Origin: Vicugna vicugna
Lineage: Eukaryota
Reading direction: 5' to 3'
Length of the DNA: 64,000 nt
Assembly: GCA_013265495.1 (NCBI GenBank)
Contig: MU058221.1
Span: 3,908,001 to 3,972,000, forward strand
The translations under genes and the position numbers were made by a program. This document shows positions 11,906-24,104 of this stretch, piece by piece. Positions within the stretch are counted from its first letter, which is position 1. Each line of letters opens with the position of its first letter. The notes below the pieces were generated by a model that saw only the letters and a program-made list of their open reading frames with translations, was not told the DNA's origin and did no database searches.

Positions 11906-13449
11906 CTTACCAAGAGCAATAAACTTGGCTAAATCAGCCTGGAGATGTGTAGAGAAGTGAGGTTCTTTTTAAGAGTTCCAAAAGAGTAATCATTGTACCT
12001 GATTTAGAATACCAGATATTCAAATTTTATTCTGTGGAGTAAATTTATTTTTACGGTGACTTAGATGACAAAAGTTTAGGTGTTTTTTTTTTTTTCTTTT
12101 TAAAGAGAGTTAGAAAACTTAGCTTTAGCATAAGAAACTTTAATGACCAATATGTCATTAAAGGATATTGTGGCTGTTTTGAGATCTGCAGATTTAAAAC
12201 TTCATGAGGAATCATTTAAAATGCTCACATATTTTAGAGAAAAAAATACTTAGGTACCTCACAACTAACCACCCATTTTTAAGACACAAAATCTCAATTC
12301 CTACATAGTGATCAATTACTTTTTATGTGACCTAGGATTGCCATAAGATCCTCATAAAATGGCAATCTTGTTTTTTTGCAAAGTGCATGGAAGTTATAAA
12401 ACTCAATTTTTAAGCAATAAACTAAAGAGAGAATTTTGTCACCAGGATAGATTAAAGTTTTTGACTAAATGAATTTTCTTGCCAAAGGGACTTATAGTAC
12501 TTCATAGAATCTATTTTCCTGACAAAATAAATCATGGCATGTGACAAAATGCAGTTCCTCAGAAAGGATTTAACTTTCTCCCCAAATCCATTCCCTTTGT
12601 AGAAATATATTTTGCAAGACAGCAGCAGTTCCAGATCTCAGATTTCTTGGGGAGAAATGTATTTATCCTCAGCAGTGTCAGTGTTTACAAGTGGTCAGAA
12701 GTTAGGAAATAGACTGGGGAAGGTGTGGAGGGTGTAGATTTTAGGTGCACGTCAGTTTTTACTTTGAATCAAAGTTTAAAGTTTCAGGATTTCAAACCCC
12801 ATTCTATACCCCGAATTTTTCCCTTCCTATTAAGTTCTATCCACTAGGCACAATTGTATTAGTTCTGTTTAGTTTAATGCAGAATTAGACTCAATAAGGA
12901 AAAGACAGAGCAGAACACATGATCCGAAGGAATAATGGAGGCTTCTGATCAGAAATTTTGTAAATGTGAATCACGATTTGAGATGCAACAAATGCTTTAT
13001 TCAACTGTATGTGTTAGTCATGTATATGTGAGCATGTATTTAGGGAGAGGCTTAATCACTTAAACTCTCTTCTCAAAAGGGCTCATGACACAAAACTTTA
13101 AAATTAAAGTCCACAGAGACAGATTCAACCATTTGGGGTTGGTGATGGGGGAAGAACGTGGAAAGAAGAAAATGAGAAATCTTCAAAGATGGGCCAAATA
13201 CATCTATGGTTTTGGGTCAAGTGAAACATATTAACCTCTAATTATATAACATTATTATAATGGAGAAATGTATTTGATAATAATGTGCTTATGACGTACT
13301 TGTAGCAAGATCAAACGATTTGAAATGTTCCAGAACACAAAGAAAAATTCTTGATTAAACAATTTAATACAAAACGTACTGATGCAAAAACTGTGCACAG
13401 CAAAGAAAGACGCTTCTAATGACAAGAAACTTTTCTTGATCCCTTAGTG

Positions 13450-13626
13450 ATGAGCAGCTACGTAAATTGTGGAATCCAGTGTAAAAAGAAAATGTGGGAC
13501 CCCTTTGTAAATTGTTTTAAGAATTTCAAATCTGTAACAGCAGAGCATTAAATCAGTTTCCCGCCTTCCAGATCACCTAGGGTCCTGGAAATCAGCACAG
13601 ATCACGTGTCCATGATGCCAGCCTTC
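13450..13626. mobile_element. MER53-like hAT MITE
   Basis: gctacgtaaattgtggaatccagtgtaaaaagaaaatgtggg...aagaatttcaa...acagcagagcattaaa...ccatgatgccagcct is colinear with the MER53 consensus as I recall it. Confidence 0.7.
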
Positions 13627-13794
13627 TCTCTACTTTTTACAATATTTGAAAGGCCTACTTAAAGGTAGAAAAAAATTACCATGGAGGAAATAATGAAAAA
13701 TTGGAGCCTCAAAGTTGTCAACAAATGTGTTACTATTTGCATAGCCAGATTTAGCTTTTCTCTTTTTCTTTAGGGGTGTTTTTTCTTCTTATAT

Positions 13795-13905
13795 ATTCAT
13801 TCAAAACCCATTTATTGGACATTTGTATGCAAGACTTGAAGTGGCACCCCAGAGATACAATAGAACGTAGAATGGCCAAGGGTCTGCCTCCAGAGGGCCT
13901 TCAGA
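13795..13905 (-). mobile_element. L2 3' terminus
   Basis: ttcattcaaaacccatttattggacatttgtatgcaag...agagatacaa. Confidence 0.5.
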
Positions 13906-16832
13906 TCCGTCTCCTGTGTCAGCACTCGTGATCAGCGCTTGCTCTCAGAGAACAGCAAATCTTTGGTCCCAGAAAAGTAATGCAGGATATCACCCTGATG
14001 CTGTTACAACTTGCCATTCCACCTCCAGCCTCCCTTATGTCCCTGCCCCTTCCATTTTGTCAGGTGAGCAGAGTATCTCCCCATCCTCCTGTTAGCGACC
14101 CGTCAGCCACTACCTCTGTGTGGTCCATCCCCGCTGCTTCACAGCATCAGATGGTCCTCTGTCTTCTCTCTGCCCCACTAGCCATTAAAGAGATTGACAG
14201 TTAACATCAACGCACCCGATTCGTTCCTCAACTCTGCGATCTGGCTTAGTGCATCTCCCTAGTCTTCTCAATGACTCTTTTTTTCCAAAATCACACACAA
14301 ACTCATTGTTTATCCAAATTTTTTTAAATTCCCTTTTTTTAAAAAAAGGACCCTTTTTGGTTTGTCTTCCTTTCTGCAGTTTTTACACTGTTTATGACTC
14401 TCGAATTCTGCTATTTTTAGTTTAATATATCATTTGCCTTTACTTTTTAAAGTATTTTGTAGAATATTTGCACATTATTTTAAAATGCGGAGTAAGAAGC
14501 ACATGGTCAAAATAGGAATTCTCTGTGCCCTCCCAGCCTAATCACAATTGGCCGTGTGGATATGTTTATATTTTTATACATGGAATGGTAGGAGAAGGAA
14601 ATGCTGAGGGGAGGAGAAGTGGAGGCAGCTAAATCAGGGGCTAAATGCTCATGTACAATTTTAATATTTTTGACTATTTATAGTAAGTATGTACTTTAAT
14701 ATTTCTAAATAATGTACTGTTACTTTACGCTTTATCAACTCAAGTGAAGAACTTCGCTCCTATAGCTAATCTTTCTCCCCCCAAAATCCATTTTTCTCTC
14801 AAAATTCTAATGGAGATAATTCCTGATAATTTGCTAATTAATTTTTATGATGATAACGATGTCATTCAGCTGGCTCTGATATTAAGTGTATGTTTCCTTA
14901 CACAACTTTCTGTTTTTATTAGAGTCCATGCCTTGTTTTATTTAATTTCTTAATTTCCTATATGGTTCTACTTTCTTATTACAGGTATTTAGGAAAAAAG
15001 AAATTATGCTAACATATTATCTTTAAAGCTTCTCTTATTATTTATTATAACTTTAACTTTATTATGGGGTCTTCCAGAATGTAACTTTGCCTCTTATATT
15101 TCATTCTCCTTCAGGCAACACGTTATATATCTTCCCTGATTTTTTTTCTTTCAGTGAGTTTTACACAACAAGAAGATACCTTGTAGAAATTGAAAACTAA
15201 ATCCTTAGTAGAATGTTTGGTTGCGTAAATACAAAAACATAAATACATTTTTCACTGGGATACGTATAGTGGTGCATAGAGCTTCTCATGCATTTGGAAC
15301 TCTTATTCTATGATTTGGCATATTATCACATTCATCTTCATAATTCTCAGAATCACTAACTGCCTAGTGTGCCCAGGTCTGTGGCAGTATTTATACAAAG
15401 ACCATTACACCTTGAGCAGCTTTGTTCCCCAGAAAATGCTAACAGATTAGCTCCTATTTTCATATCAAATTAAATATATTTTATTGAGAATTAATTACTA
15501 CAAAATCAATTACAGAAGGTTTGTTAGATCTTTGAGCTCATTTCCTATTCCTATATGTATACTGTGCTCTGATTTTACAAACTGTGACAGCATGGGTCTG
15601 AAATAGCAATCGTTTTAAGCCAGAAATCACATTCACATGTTTCGACGGCAGAGCTGTCTCTTTTTCTTTCAGATTTACGTCTGTATCAGTGGAGTGCCAC
15701 TGTTAGCAATTACGTGTTGTGTAAACAGTAATTTCAATAATAAAACCAGCAGTTTTCTTCTCCACAGAAAGTAGAGTATGCTTTTTTCTGCTTGTTTCTG
15801 TTTTCTGAAAGTGTGTGTCTGTATAAATATTTCTTGATTTATGTTAGCCTTTCTTTTGTACTACATGAACAGCCGTAGATGGGGAAGATAGATTCAGAAT
15901 ATCCAGGAGTCACAAGCATTTTACATTCTCTCCGCGGTAGCTGTAATCTTTCTCCGGTAGCTTCTGGGTGATAAAATCCAGTAATTCTACTCCAAAACCC
16001 ATTCAGTTGGGAGTCTCTGAAAGTATAAAATTTCAGTATTAGCCCAGGTTTGCAAATGCGTGCTTTTAAATGATTGACTTATACATGCTATGGACACATC
16101 ACCAAAAGATGTTTGAAAGAATTATAGACATAAATAAATACTGCTGGGCACATTTGCTATTCGTGATGATGTTTTCTAAGCCAAAGGTGTGGGAAACAGA
16201 CGCGATTATCACAAACGACGTGTGCCTCTATGTCCTTGAACTCAATAGAAAGTGGTGGTATATAAGATAACACTTTCTCAAGCCATCTACTTTTCTCAAA
16301 AGGGATTTAGTCTGTCTTCAGCCTTCCCTGCTGTGATTTTAGCCTACTATTAGCTATTTAACTTTATTCTCTGTGCACAGCAGATAAAAACAAGGATTTC
16401 TACATGAAGACACTAAATTTCTTTCAAATCTGAATTTCAGTTTTAATAGCAGTGTTTATTCTTAAGGGTGTGTCCCATATTAATAACCTACAGAATAAAT
16501 TCCTGCTCTCGGGACGATGAGGCATCTACAGAAAGTTGTATAATCTCCTGAATAACAGAAATAAAAACTACATAGCAGAGCGTACTTCCCTTCACATCTG
16601 GGAAAATTACCTGCCTGGCTTCGAAACCTACTTGAAGGACACTTAGTTGTGTACTGAAGTGCACTTGAAGTCAGAAGAAAACTCACAGGCATATTTAGTA
16701 AATGAAAGAGAGATTCATTTTAAACCCTTATGTTAGACTCAAAAATAAAAATTTTACTGATTCAAAAGATGGATAAATTGCTATTTCAAGTTTATGTTGG
16801 TCTGGGAAACTTTGTAAGAATTGAACTGAGCT

Positions 16833-17165
16833 CTTTTTTTTTTCCGATTATTTTCTTAGATTGACGTATGGTCAGTTACAATGTGTCAATGTCTGGTATA
16901 AGCACAATATACATATACATATGTTCATTTTCATATGTTTTTCATTAAGGGTTATTACAAAATATTGAATATAGTTTCCTATGCTATACAGAAGAAATGT
17001 ATTTTTAATGTATTTTTATATATAAAACATTAACAAATCTCAAACTCCCAAATTTATGCCTTCCACCCCCTTTCCCTGGTAACCATAAGATTACCCGGTA
17101 ACCATATGTCTGTGAGTCTGTTTCTGTTTTGTAGATGAGTTCATTAGTGTCCTCCTTTTTCTTCT
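16833..17165 (-). mobile_element. camelid-type L1 3'UTR fragment
   Basis: Poly(T), then gtcagttacaatgtgtcaa...ttattacaaaatattgaatatagtt...ctcaaactcccaaattta...ggtaaccataag...tgtgagtctgtttctgttttgtagatgagttcatt. Confidence 0.85.
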
Positions 17166-17469
17166 TAATTCATCTCTGTTTTCACTCATCCCATTGGGAA
17201 ATTGGGACAGTGCGCACTAAATCCCCTTTTTTCATCAATTAGATGTCCCCAAAGTGCCTTGTCATCTGCTGATCTCATAAATCCAGTGGTCAGTGCTTCA
17301 TTTGAGGGTGCAGCACACACAAACCTGCTCATATTCACACAGTGTAGGAAGATGGCATGAACAAAGCCAGAAAAAAGTGACTGTCCCCTTTAGCGCTATC
17401 AAAAAGCCATTAATCTAGTTTTAAAGCTGCCTACAACTTGCCTCTTTCTTAAGATAATAGAATGCCCTG

Positions 17470-17650
17470 GGTTATGCATATAATGATTCATTTCATCTCC
17501 GCGTGAACCTGTGAAACAGATAGCGGTATCATCCCAGTTTTACAAATGAGGAAACCAAGGCACAGAAAGGTCCTTTTTCAAGGTCATGAAGCTGGTAGGT
17601 AGGGAGTATGCTATAGAGTTCATAATCTTCAGCATCATGCTCTTGCTCTA
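17470..17650 (-). mobile_element. MIR SINE
   Basis: MIR core atcccagttttacaaatgaggaaaccaaggcacagaaagg...caaggtca. Confidence 0.75.
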
Positions 17651-17794
17651 AAGCTTCTAATAAAAAAAAAAATCTGCCACTTTGGAAGTTGTTTCTGATC
17701 TTTTGATAGTCAGCACTCAATTTTTACATCACTTATTTTTTTCTCAGAGATCTGACGTGCTTAGTACTTTTAACCCTTCACCCACAATATGGTG

Positions 17795-18008
17795 AAGCTG
17801 CTCCCCGGGGTGCCCTGCAGTGATGAAACATCCTGCAGCTTCCCTGGTTGATACATAGTCACTGATTCATTCCATGTGACCCGTGGGAGTTTTACATGTG
17901 GGTAGTGTAACTGAGAAAGTACAACTTTAAATTAATTTTTAAATTATAATTGGATTAAATTGAAATAACCAAATGGGTAGTGATTTTCACATTGAACAGC
18001 ACTGATCT
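17795..18008. mobile_element. MER3-like hAT-Charlie MITE
   Basis: ctgcagtgatgaaacat...atgtgggtagtgtaactgagaaa...tttaaattaattttt...attgaacagcactg. Confidence 0.65.
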
Positions 18009-18309
18009 TGAATTTTACTTTTAATCCCTTTGGATTAAAAAAAGCTGATGGAAATATACACTTATTTTTACAATCAATAGGTAAATTGATTTCCTAGTTT
18101 ATTTTATATGTTTCCCTCCATGCCAGTACTTTCTTATAATCCAAACAACCCTCTGGTTCAGTTTTATTCTTGCTGTAGAGGAAGATAGGGAAACAAGCAA
18201 AATTTAAATTTTTTTTTTTAAAAAGTGCTTCATCTGTTAGAAAGTTGTTAAGTGCTAACGAGAAAGGAAACACAAAATGGGAACTAGGTAGGATCAGATT
18301 GTAGAAGTA

Positions 18310-18950
18310 TGTATTTCAGTCTGGATGAGCAAGTAATGCTGCAGTAACAAATGAGCCCAAAGTCTCAGTGGCATAATATTACAGAATGTATTTCTCATTC
18401 AAGCTACAAGTTGAACAGTAGCTGGCCATCTTGCTCTGCTCATTTTAATCCATCAAGGATCCAGCCTCATAGAATGTCTTCGTGACTTGCACTTCGATAG
18501 TTCTCATAGCAGGAGAAGATGAGAGAAAATACACAAGAACAAGAGTAAGACCAACAGCACCCTGGCAACGCTTAAAGCATTTGCATGGAAGTAACACAGA
18601 GCACATCTTTTTATGTTCCACCAGCCTTAGCAACTCACGTGGCCACGCATTAAATCAAAGGGTCAGGGAAGTTTGGAAAGCATCCTGAGTCTATTCTTCT
18701 TATTAACAAATGCACTTACTCTTTCCTCAAAGAAGCAAACAGATACCCCATTCAGTATAGACATGATGGAGTCTCCATATGGATATAATATGGCTTCTCT
18801 TGCTCCAGAGACCAAAATTCTTAAAAGTTAATCAACCTGCTCTCTCTCTCTGCATAGTATGTAATAGTTATAGAGGCACAAAGAGTAGACAAAAGAAGGA
18901 AATGGTGCTTTAAATGATAAGCGTAGAAAAGGCAGGAAGTAGAGATGAAA
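18310..18950 (-). mobile_element. MaLR (MLT1-type) LTR with adjacent internal remnant
   Basis: tgtatttcagtc...atgctgcagtaacaaatgagcccaaagtctcagtggc...tatttctcattca...tcacgtggccac; internal-like text follows ~18700. Confidence 0.65.
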
Positions 18951-20459
18951 TCACTCACCAGCCATTCAGTCATCCGTTCCAATGGTTATGCACTGCGATA
19001 AGCAAAAGAAACATTCAGGAAAGGAAACTAACTCTATTTATGGGAAGACTGTAACATGAAAGGAGTGGGTGGCCTACGTTTTGAAGGATGGGAGTGTTGC
19101 ATTCATTAATAAAAATAAAGAAATGGAAAAGGGATCTTTTGCTAGTATCTGTGTGGAATATGCTGTGTATGTGCTGTGGGTGGGAAACTGAGCTGAGACA
19201 GGACTAATGAGAAACAGGTAAGGACAGGAAGAATGCTTTTTCTTTTCAGAAAGTACACTGTAGTGCGCTCTTAAGTTCATGGAGACAACTCTTACCTCAC
19301 AGGCCAGTTGGTAAATCAGGCCATGCCTCTGCTGTGATAGGGAGCCTTTGTTCGTCTCTGAGCGATTTTGTAAACTCTTCCATGGGATTTAGTTTCCATT
19401 TAAACTAATCTTTTCCACTACAATGAAAAATTCACTGACCACACATAGGGCCACAACTGTCCATTTAATAGCCGTGTGTTCTCTCAGATAAATGGGACAG
19501 AATACCTTATGTTGAACCCCTGGTGATTTTAACAAAAAGCATGATAACTGAATGACTAACATATTATGTGATTTCATTAAATGGCAACAGTAATTATATG
19601 GCTTTTAATTTAAAGGACAGGCATTAATGACTAATTGAATGAGATACAAATGACACTCTGTTTAATAACTATGGATAGGAGCTATGCTGTTGAGTGTAAA
19701 ATTCATTTGAGCAAAAGAGTTACTACATTATTGTCTTTAAAAAAATAACAAAACCCAAAACAAATGCTTTGAACATTTTCCTTAAACTTTGAAATAAAAT
19801 GTTAATGATTTCAGTTGAATTTTTCTCTCTCCTTTCATCCTAATATGTGTACTTAAAAAGAAGAAGAATTAGAATCTGTTAGGAAAAACAAGATCTGTGT
19901 TTTTTCCTTCTTTCTCGTGCTGAGTTTTTCTGACATAACCGAAGGAATGACTATGCGTACCTCTCTTTCCCTGGTTCTCTCTTTTTCTTTCCCACATAGC
20001 AACCCTGTGTCCCATACTCATATTTACTTGGCAGCATTTTTGTGTTTACTTCTCTTCCCTGTATCCTGTCTCAGGGAACCCATAGTGGTAATTTCCAATT
20101 TAGTGTGCCGTTAAGTCAATGCATGTCCTTTTCCTGTAATATTCGACCTTTTATATCATTCTTGGGCAATAGTTTTGTGACTCTAAATAGCATGATTTTC
20201 TCTTCACACTGATGAAAAAGAGAGATCAAAGGAAAGTAAAAGAACTTTCTGGACCTCCTGAATATGCCCCATGCAATAAACAAGGTGTAATCACTTGTAT
20301 TACGTCTTCTAAATGGTAATAATTCCACTGTTGAAAGAATAAAATACTCAGGGAGTGTAATGGAACATTCCACTCCAAATGCAGGTGATTCTGTATACCA
20401 AAATTTACTACCCACGTAGTTCCCACACTTTAGAAATGAAGTTACTACCTTAGGTAGAA

Positions 20460-22395
20460 GAAACAAAACAACTGAATATAAGAATATAAAAATTGAATCA
20501 ATAATTAATATCATTTTATAAAAGAAAGCATCAGGCCCAGACAACTTCACTTATGAATTCTACTGAACATTTATGGAAGAAATAATAATAATTTTCTAAA
20601 ATCCATTCCAGAAAATAGAAGCAGAACAAAGTTTTTAATTCATTTTATGAGGCCAGCATTAATCTAATATCAAAACCAGATAAATATATTCCAAGAAAAG
20701 AAAAATGTAGTCCAATATCCCTCATGAGCAGAGATGCAAAATCTTCAAAAATATCAGTAAATTGAATCCAGCAAAGTATAAAAAGAATTATATACTGCAT
20801 CCAAGTGAGGTTTATTCTGGATCTGCAAGGCTGGTTTAACATTCAAATCAATTGTTGTGATTCTCCATATCAATAAGCTGAAAAAGAAAAAAGTATATGA
20901 TCATGCCAATGATGCAGGAAAAAAAGTAACGAAATGTAGCACCTATTCATGATTAAAATGATCAGCAAAGTGTGGACAGATGGGGACGTTCTCAACATCA
21001 TAAAGAATAGTTAAGATCCTGGAGTTAAACTCCTGGAAGCAATGACTTATCAAGGTCACAGGATAGAGGATCAATATATAAATGCCAATTGCTTTCCTAT
21101 TTACCAGCAGTAAACAAGTTGACTTTGAATTTAAAAACTCTATGTCATTTACAATAGTAGCAAAAATGAAACACTCAGCTATAAACTTAGCAAAATATGT
21201 ATAGGATCTCTATATGAAAAAAAAAACAGTAATACACTGATGAAATAAAAGATACTTGTAAATGGAGAGAAAGTCTATGTTCATGTATTGCAAAACTCAG
21301 TATTCTGACATCAGTTTTCCCAAATCAATCAATTGAATCTATGCGTTTCCAATCAAAATCTCAGCAAATGATTTTGTAGATATATTAACAGCATACTCTA
21401 AAACATACATGAGAAAACAAAAGACCTAGAATAGACAATGGAATATTGAATAGAAGAAAAAAGTTGGAAGAGTCACAGTATATGATTTCCAGTCCAAATG
21501 TAACACTGCTGTAATAAAGACAGTTTTATTGGTGACATAATACAGGCATGGATGGACCTGAGCAGAGAACACCAAAACAGACCCACACAAATAGTAAACT
21601 GATTTTTGACAAAGGCTCAGAGACAAAGCAATGGAGACAAAATAGTCTTTTCAACCTTTGGTGCTAGAATAATTGGAAATCACATGCAAAAAAAGACCTA
21701 GACACAGACCTTACACCCTTAACGAAAATTAACTCAGAATGATTCCTAGGTCTAAATGTAAAATGCAAGACCGTAAAACTTTCAGAAAAAACTTAGGAGA
21801 AAAATCTATATAACCTTGAATTTGGCCATAAATTTTTAAGTATAACACACACACAAAAAACACAACGCCTGAAAAAAAACCGATGCCCGGAACTTCATTA
21901 AAATTAAAAACTTCTGCTCTACAAAAGACAAGAGATAAGCTACAGAATGGGAGAAAATATTTGCAAACATATTATTTGACAAAGGACTTGTACCCAAACT
22001 GTACAAACTGTTCTTAAAACGCAACAATAAATAAACAACCAAAAAAAAAAATGAAATGGGTGAATATCTGAACATATGCTTCAGCAAAGAAGATAAAAAG
22101 ATGACAAATGTGCATAAGAAAATATTCTCAACATTATTTGCAATTAGTGAGATTCAAATTAAAATAACAATGAGATACCACCCCATAACAATTAGAATGC
22201 CTCCAATTAAAAAAAAAAAATCGGTGAATACAAATTGCTAAAGATACAGTAACAGCTCTTACTCATTCTTGGTGGGAATGTAAAATTATGTAATACTTTA
22301 GAAGAACGTTTGGCAATTTCTTTACAAAGCTAAGCCGACTCTTACCATATGACCCAGCAACCACGTTCCTTGGTGTTTATCAAACTGATTTGAAA
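20460..22395 (+). mobile_element. old L1M ORF2 remnant (RT region to ORF2 end), internally deleted and frameshifted
   Basis: aggcccagac..., ttttatgaggccagcatta, ccaatatccctcatgagcagagatgcaaaatc, gcaaggctggtttaacattc, tgatttttgacaaagg, gaatgggagaaaatatttgcaaa, ttaccatatgacccagcaa. Confidence 0.88.
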
Positions 22396-22690
22396 GCTTA
22401 GGGTGAGGGGAACGGGGCTCTGTGAAATCCGTCTTTTCATTCGATTCTCACGAGCCCCTGGAAATTGTATTCTCAGCATTGTTTCTTTCTTATTCTTCTT
22501 AAACTCATTCCTGGTCTTCCTGAACTTAACACCCACTACTGTTGTCAGATAAACACTATACAATTTTCTTCATTCCTTCGATTCCATTCCACGGGAATTA
22601 ATCTAAACTTGCTTCCAAGAGGACCATCAGAATGCCAACACTCAGGATGAAGGTCTGAGAATGAAGATTGCAAATTGAAATGTTAGGAGA

Positions 22691-22718
22691 TGTGAGTGTG
22701 TGTGTGTGTGTGTGTGTG
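22691..22718. repeat. (TG)n microsatellite
   Basis: Direct reading. Confidence 0.9.
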
Positions 22719-23082
22719 CCTATATGAGTGTGTATATTTTCTCTGTGTAGGAATAAACCCACTGAAAGTGACTCACATGACTCAAAATGGCAAAGCTAGA
22801 GGCTCGATTTTAAAATTTTATCTAGTTTAATTTTTTGCATTGAAAAATACATTAATTACATTTAAAGAGGCATCTTCATGTGTCTCTCATGAATTTTTAT
22901 GGCGTAATGAAAATATTATATGACAATGTATTTAGTTATCTTCCTTCTGTTCCGTCAACAAACACATATTTATTTATAGCAGATTATGCTGTGTGTGTAA
23001 ATTTGGAGTAGAGTGTTAAAAACAGACTAGTCCAAGGCTCACTTTTATCAAGCTTACAATGCCCATGTGAATCTTTATACTA

Positions 23083-23500
23083 TGTGACAGTTAATTTTAT
23101 GTGTGTCAACTTGGCTAGCCTGTGGTGCCCAATTTTTTGTTCAATCATTAGTCTAGATGTTGCTGGAAAGTCTATTTCAGATGTGATTAACACATAAATG
23201 GCTAGACTTTAAATAAAAATTATCCTCCAGAGTGTGAGCAAGCCTCATCCAATCAGATGAGGACCTGAAAAGGCTGAGGGACCCCCGACAAGGAGGGAAT
23301 TCAGTCTCTAGGCTACCTTTGGAGTCAAGACGCCAACATTGACCCCTGGCAGGATTTCCAGCCTGCTGGCTTGCACGGCCAGTTTCATACTTGCCAGTCC
23401 CCAGAAACATAGGAGTCAACTCCTAAAAATAAAATTCTCTCTCTCTGTAAATATATATATTGTATTTGTTCTGGCTTTCTGGAAAATCCTGACTAACCCA
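23083..23500 (+). mobile_element. MLT2-type (ERVL) solo LTR
   Basis: tgtgacagttaattttatgtgtgtcaacttggctag...gcctcatccaatcagatgagga...ttccagcctgctggc...ttctggaaaatcctgactaaccca. Confidence 0.85.
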
Positions 23501-23976
23501 GATAGTAGCCGCATGTTAAGTAATATACTGGCAAAAAGGGAACTTCTGCAGGCAGTTTCCAGAGACGTGACTGCTTCTTCACGTGAAGATGATGGGCGTA
23601 CTCGAATATTCAAAACCCCATTTACTTTGATGTCACATAGGGAGTGTAGGGCCCTTTGTAAGCACAGTGTCAAAAACTCTAAATATTTTAGCTTAGACAT
23701 CAAAAACATATTATTCAAGTAAAGGAGTTTTTAAAAAAAAACTACAGGAGAATTATTCAGGAAAAGCAGAGTTTTTTTGTTTGTTTGTTTGTTTGTTTTA
23801 GCTTACTTAATCCTCAGATATAGTGGATAAAACCATATGGCTTAGAATAAAAGATATGGTTTGGGTATGATTTCTGTCAATCATTATTTATACAACCTTG
23901 AGGAAAACCCTTACACTTAACTGTCTTGTCTATAAAACAATCAGCGTGGCAGGCGCTGAGGGGAAAAAGAGTTCTT

Positions 23977-24104
23977 CTTCTTCTTCTTTTTTTTTTTTTT
24001 CATTTTAGTTATTTATTTATTTTTCAAGGATGTACTGGGTATTGAACCCAGGACCTTGTGCATGCTAAGCAGGCGCTCTACCACTTGAACTATACCCTCC
24101 CTCC
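23977..24104 (-). mobile_element. Vic-1-like camelid SINE, near full length, probably inside a degraded MIR
   Basis: gtactgggtattgaacccaggaccttgtgcatgctaagcaggcgctctaccacttgaactataccctccc (tRNA A/B-box head in antisense) plus poly(T); TSD aaaagag(t/c)tctt at 23965-23976 and 24106-24117. Confidence 0.88.

Noticed and set aside
24040..24104. tRNA gene
   Set aside because: The A/B-box-like head is attached to a SINE body, poly(T) tail and TSD, so it is a tRNA-derived SINE.
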